This document shows, in pieces, positions 16,656 through 24,312 of a stretch of 57,561 nucleotides of DNA. The DNA lies in NCBI GenBank assembly GCA_020343495.1, contig CP070797.1:78124-135684 (forward strand), given 5' to 3'. A program made the translations under genes and the position numbers. How positions within the stretch are numbered: the stretch's first letter is position 1; every line of letters begins with the position of its first letter. Under the pieces are notes generated by a model. It made no database searches. It was not told the origin of the DNA and worked only from the letters and a program-made list of their open reading frames with translations. Origin of the DNA: Candidatus Omnitrophota bacterium. GTDB taxonomy: Bacteria; Omnitrophota; Gorgyraeia; Duberdicusellales; 4484-171.

Positions 16656-17183
16656 CTATGAAAAAAATAACCGGGAAAGGGTCAGGCGGCAACGTAACAG
16701 CTGCGACCCCGCTGACTGCTGGCTCAGCCGCAGGCTTAAAACTTTAATAAATGAAGGGGAATTCTCTAACTCATTGATAAGCTGGAAAATAGACCTAAAA
16801 TCTCCTACTATCTCAACTTCTAACGAGACCTGGGCATACTCTTTTTTTAATTCCACGGGCAAAGGTTTAACTCTCTCAATAGTTAAGTTAAAGGTAGCGG
16901 CGAAATCCTTCATTTCGTTAAATAAATGCGTATCTAACTCCTGCGCGCTTCCTTCACTTTCCAGGATGCTCCTGTAACTTTCATATAAAGACCGGATATC
17001 TCCTCCCTTTTTTACCAATTGAAAATGCCTGCGAAGAAGCGCTGTTTTATTGGCAATGTCCTGATTTAATGCCGACAATTTAGCGTAGCCTTGCAATAGG
17101 CCGCTAAAAGTTAAACTAACCAAAAAAATACCCAGGGTAGTGTATATAATCAGTTTTTCTCTCTTGGTAAGCGCTCTTTTCAT
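16656..17183 (-). CDS. GspM/PilO-like T2SS assembly-platform protein
   Basis: 175 aa with a single N-terminal TM segment, then coiled-coil and a ferredoxin-like C-terminus. It overlaps the stop of the GspL-like gene. Confidence 0.55.
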   Translation of the reverse strand: MKRALTKREKLIIYTTLGIFLVSLTFSGLLQGYAKLSALNQDIANKTALLRRHFQLVKKGGDIRSLYESYRSILESEGSAQELDTHLFNEMKDFAATFNLTIERVKPLPVELKKEYAQVSLEVEIVGDFRSIFQLINELENSPSFIKVLSLRLSQQSAGSQLLRCRLTLSRLFFS

Positions 17184-18562
17184 CTGCGTTTTCTTCCTTC
17201 GATATAAAACTCAAAAACCTCTGCTCTTTTACGCCCTTTCACTTTAGAGGAATATTTTATTTTCACGTCTTCAAACAGTTCCGACTCACTTAAAGACTTT
17301 TTTATAGCAAAAACTTCGCTATTATTTTGAGCATACCCTTTGATGGAGAAATCCCCTTTGTCCCTAAAATCCACTAATGATAACTGGGTATTTTGAGGGA
17401 TTGCAGAAACCAAATCGTAAATAACCTCAGAGAACCCCACCGACTTCGCTAATTCCCTATCAAGAATCTTTAGTTTATCTACTACTGCGCCTAACTCTTT
17501 TACCTCAATCTTTACTTCCTGTAATTTAGAATTCAAGAAATTCAAGTATGCGTACCTATCAAACAGGTATTTGCCCGTAAAAATCCCTAAAATCAAAATA
17601 ATCTCTAATATTAAAGCAACCACCTTAACATACCTGCGCCGCCTCTTTAGGTGCTGCCTCTTCTCTTTTAAAAACTGAGGAGAAAAATCAAATGCAGGCT
17701 CTGTGCCGACTACCAACCCTAAAACAGAAGCAAACGATAATCCGCTTGCGTTAATTTTGCCTCTAACTGTCTTGTCTAAATAAAAATTATCCAACTGGCC
17801 GATAAAAAGCGCTTGCGCCCAATCAATTGATTTAATAATTTCTTCTTTCCTGCACCCCGTAAAAATAACTTTACCAAAAGCTAACCCGCCAAACTCTTTT
17901 TCAAATATTTTCAACGACTGGTTTATCCCTTCCTTAAGCTCTTCTTCTTTTAAGTAAGGAAATGCCCGGGAAAAAATTATGCCTTCCTTACCCACAACGA
18001 GGAATTCGGCGGACGTATCACTAACATCAACAATAACAAACGGCTCCTTTATTTTCTGTTTTAAAAAACGGCTGATAAACCTAATCCACTGATACAGCCC
18101 CCAACTGCTAATAGTGATAAATGAAGGCGCCACTTTACTTTGTTTAATAAAATCCAATAAATTTGCTATTTTTTTCTGCTGGGTAAGAAATAAAACCACT
18201 TTTGAATAGCCCCCCTTTACATCCGCTAAAGCATAATCGTAAACCACATCTTCTAAAGGCTGAATAACTCCTTTGGATATCTGCAATGGCAGCATTTTTT
18301 TTACTTCACTCCAATTTGAAGACGGCAGTTTTAGGAACCGGATAAGGAAAAAATGGCGGGGAAACGATACGATAACTTTTTCATACTTTACTTTATTTGT
18401 AATTTTCAGGAAAACATCGTTTATGTCCTGTGCGGATATCCGGTGAGGGAACTGGAAAACATCCACTGCTTTAATTTTTCTGCGCCTCTTCCTTGAGGCA
18501 ACACGGCAGGCCTTTATTGTTTTCTCTCCCACCTCTAAAATCAGTGTTATTTTACTCCTCAT
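17180..18562 (-). CDS. GspL-like protein (PilM actin-like domain fused to a PilN-like TM/periplasmic domain)
   Basis: 460 aa. A cytoplasmic domain of about 300 aa is followed by a basic stretch (KRRRRYVK), one TM segment and a periplasmic domain of about 110 aa. Position in the operon supports the call. Confidence 0.6.
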   Translation of the reverse strand: MRSKITLILEVGEKTIKACRVASRKRRRKIKAVDVFQFPHRISAQDINDVFLKITNKVKYEKVIVSFPRHFFLIRFLKLPSSNWSEVKKMLPLQISKGVIQPLEDVVYDYALADVKGGYSKVVLFLTQQKKIANLLDFIKQSKVAPSFITISSWGLYQWIRFISRFLKQKIKEPFVIVDVSDTSAEFLVVGKEGIIFSRAFPYLKEEELKEGINQSLKIFEKEFGGLAFGKVIFTGCRKEEIIKSIDWAQALFIGQLDNFYLDKTVRGKINASGLSFASVLGLVVGTEPAFDFSPQFLKEKRQHLKRRRRYVKVVALILEIILILGIFTGKYLFDRYAYLNFLNSKLQEVKIEVKELGAVVDKLKILDRELAKSVGFSEVIYDLVSAIPQNTQLSLVDFRDKGDFSIKGYAQNNSEVFAIKKSLSESELFEDVKIKYSSKVKGRKRAEVFEFYIEGRKRR

Positions 18563-19487
18563 ACCAATATAGAATTTTACCGCTATCCTTATTCATTACG
18601 CAAGTAATTTTTTTCTTAACGCCTTCTACATCAGCCTCGCTGATTATGCGAAAAAAATGAGAAGAGACAGCAAATCCTTCTAACTGCTCCTTATCATCTG
18701 GCTTCTCTGGCTTATAAGTATCCTTTAAATTAACCAAACTACCTGTATCATAATACTCGTCATCTTCATCTCCTTCTATAAAATTGGCGCCGTATCTTTT
18801 TGTTAAAATTTGCCTTTTTAATTGTTCATTAACCAAAACGCCTAACATCTCCTCTGTTACTGTATTGATATTCATTTTCCCGTCTCCAAACACAGTAATA
18901 AAATCTTTAATTTTATCATAATCTTCTCCCGATATATTCTTCACGAGCAGCAACTCTTCTTGCACGCTTAACTCATCATTTTTTATTTCATCTTTACTAT
19001 CCGAATTACCGAGGCGAGGCTCATAACCTTCATCAATATAGTCTAAAATATAAAATATTTTCTCCTTAGCATTTTCAACTCCTCTACTTTCAAAAAGTTT
19101 AATGATGGATGTCAACTCCTCCTCTCTCTCTTCAATAAACATTTTTTCAGCCATTATATTCACATTAATCCGTGCAGATTCATCTTCAATCCTTATTGAT
19201 AATGTTCCTTCTTTTTCCGGAGAAGAGAACTTTATGTCCTCATCTATTGATTTTGCCCAGTCCTCCTGCAAATGGTCAACGGCTCTAGCATCTTCTTCTA
19301 AAACTTTCCTTGCTATTTTCACTCCGGAAACAGCCAGGTAAAAAGCTCTCTGCTTATTTAAAAAAAGCTTTGTTGTCCGCGTCTGAATATATGTCCTGAA
19401 ACCCAACCCTAAACAAAATAATGAAAGGAGAACTAATACCCCTAAAGAAAAAACAAGGAAAAACCCTTTTCTCTTAACTTGGCTCAT
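18552..19487 (-). CDS. gspK: Minor pseudopilin GspK
   Basis: Hydrophobic N-terminal helix and the RIEDESARINVN motif (GspK DE-x-x-K/R-IN-x-N signature). I place the start at ATG 19487 (MSQVKRKGFF). Confidence 0.75.
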   Translation of the reverse strand: MSQVKRKGFFLVFSLGVLVLLSLFCLGLGFRTYIQTRTTKLFLNKQRAFYLAVSGVKIARKVLEEDARAVDHLQEDWAKSIDEDIKFSSPEKEGTLSIRIEDESARINVNIMAEKMFIEEREEELTSIIKLFESRGVENAKEKIFYILDYIDEGYEPRLGNSDSKDEIKNDELSVQEELLLVKNISGEDYDKIKDFITVFGDGKMNINTVTEEMLGVLVNEQLKRQILTKRYGANFIEGDEDDEYYDTGSLVNLKDTYKPEKPDDKEQLEGFAVSSHFFRIISEADVEGVKKKITCVMNKDSGKILYWYEE

Positions 19488-20061
19488 ATTTGTTATGCCG
19501 GTATATAAAAATGTGTTTTTGGGCCGCCTGGACCTTTTCTTTTTCATCGCTATATTCTAAACTAATCTTTAAGCCTTTGGGTATCTGATTTAACAAATCA
19601 TCCTCAATCCATTCTTGCATTTCGTTGCCTTCAGCGTCAAAATACAAAACCTCAAATGACTTCAAATTATCCATAACCTCAACCTCACTATCACTTTCCT
19701 CGCTAAAGGGACCCCTAACTTGCCTGTATAACAGGGTGCCGGCAAACCTATATTTAACATGTGAAATCTTAGGGTAATTGTCAACATAATCAAACATAAG
19801 GGTATAAAACTCCAAAACCTTGCTGTCACCTTCCGGATACCCTTTAAATCCGCTATCTTCCTTCGTAAAAAAAACAATATTGCGCAACTGCTGGGCAATT
19901 TTTTCTAAAACTAAGTTAACGTGCTGGGAGCCGGCCTGCTTTGCTTCTACCTTTTTTCGCACTGATATGGCTGTTTGTAACAAAAGGTATAAAGAAACTG
20001 ATATAAAAGAAAAAATCGCTGCCGCCACTAACACTTCTACTAAAGTCAATCCTTTCTTCAT
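19474..20061 (-). CDS. Minor pseudopilin, GspJ-like
   Basis: Prepilin-type N-terminus MKKGLTLVEVLVAAAIF. Size and position fit GspJ. Confidence 0.6.
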   Translation of the reverse strand: MKKGLTLVEVLVAAAIFSFISVSLYLLLQTAISVRKKVEAKQAGSQHVNLVLEKIAQQLRNIVFFTKEDSGFKGYPEGDSKVLEFYTLMFDYVDNYPKISHVKYRFAGTLLYRQVRGPFSEESDSEVEVMDNLKSFEVLYFDAEGNEMQEWIEDDLLNQIPKGLKISLEYSDEKEKVQAAQKHIFIYRHNKYEPS

Positions 20062-20429
20062 TGCTCCTCTACCTTAAAGAAAACCACAGTATCAAAAGAA
20101 AGTTTGGTTTTTTCCTCATAATTCACTTTCATGACACCCTTGTTTAAATTGGGATACCCGCTATCTAGGAGCTCTAATCGCCAGCTAAACGGCATCTGCT
20201 CAAAATCTCCTTGCCGTTGCGTATCAGGTGGCAGGAACTTGGTGCTTTCTTCAACCATCTGCAAATCCCAAATCTTTGCTTCTGAGAGCTCGCTTAACTT
20301 AAGGTAGTCGCACCCCTTTCTTGCTGCTTTTAAAAAGACGCCAAACCCTCTAAACAAAAATAAAGAAATAATGGAAACCAACAAAACTACAAAAGCCACC
20401 TCAAATAGCAATATACCCTTTCTATACAT
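20058..20429 (-). CDS. Minor pseudopilin, GspI-like
   Basis: 123 aa with N-terminus MYRKGILLFEVAFVVLLVS (a degenerate prepilin helix containing Glu). Position in the operon supports the call. Confidence 0.5.
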   Translation of the reverse strand: MYRKGILLFEVAFVVLLVSIISLFLFRGFGVFLKAARKGCDYLKLSELSEAKIWDLQMVEESTKFLPPDTQRQGDFEQMPFSWRLELLDSGYPNLNKGVMKVNYEEKTKLSFDTVVFFKVEEQ

Positions 20430-20431
20430 AT

Positions 20432-20890
20432 TTATTTTAATATTATTTTTCCATCTACACCCTTACTGGAAACTACGGCACCTCTATTTTCGTTATCAAA
20501 AATCCTAATCTCAAACGGCTGTAATGTTGCGTCGGGATAAAAAGGTATTTCTTCATTTTCTAATTCTATATTTATGTTTTTAGGAATGTTTATCTTCTGC
20601 AAAACAGTTTCCGGCAGCTCCTCTATCCTCTCCACTAAAGATACCTGTTTATTATCCAAATCAAACTTAACTTTTAAAACTGCGTTCCTGAGAACAGACT
20701 GTGTTTTTGCGTAATCAAGGAAAAGATAAGTTTTGTTTGAAAACGACCTGAACTCAGTGGACTTGATGCTTTTCTTTATGAAAGGGAAACTAATCCCGGC
20801 AAAAACAGAAATGATTGCAATCACCAGCAACAGCTCAAGAAGTGTAAAACCATGTACGGTTTTCGGTCTAAACTCATTCCCAACTAACAA
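20432..20890 (-). CDS. Minor pseudopilin, GspH-like
   Basis: Prepilin motif HGFTLLELLLVIAIISVFAGI. The start is TTG, and no in-frame ATG lies upstream of the motif. Confidence 0.6.
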   Translation of the reverse strand: MLVGNEFRPKTVHGFTLLELLLVIAIISVFAGISFPFIKKSIKSTEFRSFSNKTYLFLDYAKTQSVLRNAVLKVKFDLDNKQVSLVERIEELPETVLQKINIPKNINIELENEEIPFYPDATLQPFEIRIFDNENRGAVVSSKGVDGKIILK

Positions 20891-21263
20891 TATCGTCCTC
20901 GCTTCCTAAAATGCCGTCTCTGCCCGAAGAAGCTAAATCATAATCCTGGCCGTGTTCGCCGGGATAATCATAATGATAGTCTCTGTCCCAGGGGTCTTTG
21001 GGTATTTTTTTTAAATACGGCCCGTCCCAATTTTCTGCGCCTGAAGGCTGGTTTACTAAATCTTCTAAATTTTCGGGGTAACTGCCCACATCTAAATCAT
21101 AAAGGTCTAACGCCGCCGGAATAGTTGCACTAACAGCTGAGCGGGCAACTTCTTGTTTTGCTTTTTCTGCTCTTCCTACCAGGCGGGGCGCAACTATGCC
21201 CGCTAAAACCCCGATAATTATTACCACTATCATCAACTCTATTAAAGTAAAAGATTTCTTCAT
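20874..21263 (-). CDS. gspG: Major pseudopilin GspG
   Basis: MKKSFTLIELMIVVIIIGVLAGIVAPRL and C-terminal DPWDRDYHY (T2SS-G signature). Start is ATG 21263 with an AAGGAG SD. The track start at 21281 is a TTG. Confidence 0.9.
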   Translation of the reverse strand: MKKSFTLIELMIVVIIIGVLAGIVAPRLVGRAEKAKQEVARSAVSATIPAALDLYDLDVGSYPENLEDLVNQPSGAENWDGPYLKKIPKDPWDRDYHYDYPGEHGQDYDLASSGRDGILGSEDDIVSWE

Positions 21264-21277
21264 TTGCCTCACTCCTT

Positions 21278-22468
21278 TCAAAAATTAAAATCTATCTGAA
21301 AAATAGGCAACAACATTGAAAGAACAATAAACCCTACCATTAACCCCACTCCTAAAATTAAAATAGGCTCTAAAATACTTAATATATTCTTCATCTTACG
21401 GCTTATCTCTTTATTGTAATCAAGAGATAAATTTTCTAAGACCCTATCTAAAGAACCTGACTGCTCCCCTACTGTTACCACATTTATAAAAGCGGGAGGG
21501 AAAACTTTAAGTTTCCTCATCGCTTCATTCAGAGACATCCCTTCCTTTATCTCTTTCTCTATTTTACCTATCTGCGCCTGAAAAAAAACGTTAGAAACAG
21601 TTGAGGTTACTACCTCCAGCGACGTATCTATGGCAACGCCGTTTCTAAGAAGTATGGCTAAGGTGCGGGCAAGGCGGGTAATTTCAATCTTTCTTAATAA
21701 CTCGCCTACCAAAGGAAGCCGTAATTTAAATTCATGCCACTTCATTCTATTACGCGGGATTCTAAAATACTTTCTACCAGCAAAAAACAACAGAAACGCA
21801 CACCCCAAAACAATTATCCAATATTTAGAAAACAAATCAGAGATATTTTTAAGTATTAACGTGGGAAGAGGAAGCGCCTGTCCTATATCCTCAAAAATAC
21901 CTACTAATTTAGGGATGACGAATTTAAGAAGCGCTAAAACAGTTATTATGCCCACCGCCACTATTACACAGGGATAAGTTAATATGGAAACTATGTTAGT
22001 GCGAAAATCCAACTCCTCCTCCAGGAACTGGGCAATACGCGCTAAATTCTGGCCTAAAGTCCCGCTGGTCTCACCTGTCTTTACTAAAGAGATATAGAGG
22101 GGAGAAAAAATATGAGGGTATTTCTCTAAAGCCTGGGAAAAATGAACGCCTTCTTTAACTTGAGCGATTATATCTAAAATTATTGGTTTAAGGTGTAACT
22201 GTTCTGTTTCTAAAGATAAGGTGTTAAGGGAAGATATAAGAGTAGAGCCTGAATTTATTAAAGTGGAAAGCTGATGGGTAAATTCCACTAAATCTTTTAA
22301 TGAGCCTTTGCCTTTCTTTTTAAGTGAGCCTTTTTTCTCTCTTATCCCTATGGGGAAAAGCCCTAATGAACCTATCTTTGACAAAGCTTCCTGCTGATTC
22401 TGCGCTTCAATTGTGCCTTCTACAATTTCAGAAGGCCCCTTTTTTGCTTTGTATAAATATATCGCCAT
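21278..22468 (-). CDS. gspF: T2SS inner-membrane platform protein GspF
   Basis: 396 aa with two T2SSF repeats, each followed by TM segments. Confidence 0.9.
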   Translation of the reverse strand: MAIYLYKAKKGPSEIVEGTIEAQNQQEALSKIGSLGLFPIGIREKKGSLKKKGKGSLKDLVEFTHQLSTLINSGSTLISSLNTLSLETEQLHLKPIILDIIAQVKEGVHFSQALEKYPHIFSPLYISLVKTGETSGTLGQNLARIAQFLEEELDFRTNIVSILTYPCVIVAVGIITVLALLKFVIPKLVGIFEDIGQALPLPTLILKNISDLFSKYWIIVLGCAFLLFFAGRKYFRIPRNRMKWHEFKLRLPLVGELLRKIEITRLARTLAILLRNGVAIDTSLEVVTSTVSNVFFQAQIGKIEKEIKEGMSLNEAMRKLKVFPPAFINVVTVGEQSGSLDRVLENLSLDYNKEISRKMKNILSILEPILILGVGLMVGFIVLSMLLPIFQIDFNF

Positions 22469-22486
22469 ATTTAAGCTATCAGGACT

Positions 22487-24181
22487 TTAAGTGACCCGCA
22501 TGACTTCCCCAAAAGTAGTTATGCCTGATAATACTTTTCGTAATCCGTCCTGCCTTAAAGTATGCATTCCGCAGGCAAGGGCTTTTTCTTTAATAACCTG
22601 GCTGGTAACACGCTTAAATATCAAATCCCTGATTTCTTCGGTCATTACTAATATTTCAAAAATTGCCGTCCTGCCTTTAAACCCGGTATGCCGGCAGCTC
22701 TGACAGCCTCCTCCCTCTAAAACTTCTACTGTTTCTCCTTTCAAATCTATGCCTTCTTTCTTAAAGATTTGGCTGGAAACAGATGCTTTCCTCTTACAGT
22801 CCGGGCATATCACCCTAACCAGCCTCTGGGCAATTATTCCTTCCAGAGACGACGCCACCAAAAAAGGCTCAATTCCCATATCAACGAGGCGGGTAGGCGC
22901 GCTGGCAGCATCGTTAGTATGCAAAGTAGAAAACACCAGGTGCCCTGTCATTGCCGACCGGATGGTAATTTCTGCGGTTTCAGCGTCTCTTACTTCACCC
23001 ACCATTATAATGTCAGGGTCATGCCTTAAAATGCTGCGCAGGCCTTCGGCAAAGTTTAATCCTATCTTAGGAAGAACCTGAATCTGAGTTACCCCTCTGA
23101 GCTGGTATTCAATAGGGTCTTCGGTGGTAATTATCTTGGTGCCGGCAACGTTCTTTTTACTCAAGGCTGCGTAAAGAGTAGTAGATTTACCGCTCCCCGT
23201 GGGGCCGGTAACAAAAATTATTCCGTAAGGTTTACTTATCAAATCTTCAATCTTTTTAAAATCATCTTCCAGGAGGCCTAAATTATCTAACATCATAAAC
23301 GATTTTATGCTTAAAATCCTTATCTGAACCGACTCCCCATACGACGACGGCAAAATTGAAACCCGCAAATCTAATTCTTCTCCCTTAATTTTTATCTTTA
23401 TACGGCCGTCCTGAGGAAGGCGGTGCTCGGCAATATCCAAACTGGACATTATCTTTACGCGGGAAACAATCGCCTGATGGAACAGTTTTATAGACTCAGG
23501 TATTGGCACTTCATACAAAAATCCGTCAATACGAAACCTCACCCTCAACTCGTTTTCGTAAGGTTCCAGGTGGATATCCGTTGCTCTTTCCTCCGCAGCC
23601 TGAGTAAGAATCTGGTTTACAAACTTAATGATGGATGCATCCTCAACCGCCGCTTCTAAATCCTGGACCGTAGAAGCTCTCACCTTTATCTTCTCTTCCA
23701 CGTCAGGCTGGCTCATCATCTCTTCCAAGATATCGGCGCCAACGCCGTAATACTTCTGAATAGTTTCTAAAATATCTTTCTCATAACTTAAAACCGCTTC
23801 TATATCTATATCCAACAATAATCTTAAGTCATCCATCTTATGAATGTCTAAAGGGTCTGATAACACGATAACTAACCGTTTGCCTTCAAACTTATACGGC
23901 ATCATTTCATAATGAATAGCCAGCTTAACAGGGACTTTCTCAATTGCCCTGGGGTCTATTTTTTCCTTCTTTATATCTACGTAATCTATGCCCAACTGCT
24001 CTGACAGGGCACGAAACACTTCCTGCGGCGCTGCAAACCCCAGCTTCACAATAATAGTGCAGATATAGCCGCCTTTTGCTTTCTGGACGTCTAAGGCTTT
24101 ACTTACCTGTTCAGAGGTAATCAAGCCTCCTTCAACTAAAATCTGGCCGATTAGCTTGCTTTTTTGATAATCTTTACTCAT
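22487..24181 (-). CDS. gspE: T2SS ATPase GspE with an MshEN/T2SSE_N-type N-terminal domain
   Basis: Walker A GPTGSGKST, Walker B/Asp box IIMVGEVRD, His box FSTLHTND, and the tetracysteine CPDC...CQSC. Confidence 0.95.
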   Translation of the reverse strand: MSKDYQKSKLIGQILVEGGLITSEQVSKALDVQKAKGGYICTIIVKLGFAAPQEVFRALSEQLGIDYVDIKKEKIDPRAIEKVPVKLAIHYEMMPYKFEGKRLVIVLSDPLDIHKMDDLRLLLDIDIEAVLSYEKDILETIQKYYGVGADILEEMMSQPDVEEKIKVRASTVQDLEAAVEDASIIKFVNQILTQAAEERATDIHLEPYENELRVRFRIDGFLYEVPIPESIKLFHQAIVSRVKIMSSLDIAEHRLPQDGRIKIKIKGEELDLRVSILPSSYGESVQIRILSIKSFMMLDNLGLLEDDFKKIEDLISKPYGIIFVTGPTGSGKSTTLYAALSKKNVAGTKIITTEDPIEYQLRGVTQIQVLPKIGLNFAEGLRSILRHDPDIIMVGEVRDAETAEITIRSAMTGHLVFSTLHTNDAASAPTRLVDMGIEPFLVASSLEGIIAQRLVRVICPDCKRKASVSSQIFKKEGIDLKGETVEVLEGGGCQSCRHTGFKGRTAIFEILVMTEEIRDLIFKRVTSQVIKEKALACGMHTLRQDGLRKVLSGITTFGEVMRVT

Positions 24182-24235
24182 TATATTAATATTCTCAAGT
24201 GAAAAGGCTCAATAAATATAGGGATAATTAATAAA

Positions 24236-24264
24236 ATTATAGCACTAAGGAAGGTAAAAATCTA
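24236..24264 (-). promoter_or_regulatory. Candidate extended -10 promoter for the gspE operon
   Basis: Minus strand reads TAGATT, a 17-nt spacer (including TGc), then TATAAT (24236-24241). Confidence 0.4.
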
Positions 24265-24283
24265 TATAAATTACAGGGGTTAC

Positions 24284-24310
24284 CGTATGGGATGTCCGAC
24301 ATCCCACATG
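24284..24310 (-). terminator. Hairpin immediately after the 1081-aa gene (possible terminator, no adjacent U-tract)
   Basis: TGGGATG-TCCGA-CATCCCA is a 7-bp stem (24288-24306), extendable with one mismatch. It lies 3 nt past the stop codon. Confidence 0.35.
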
Positions 24311-24312
24311 AT

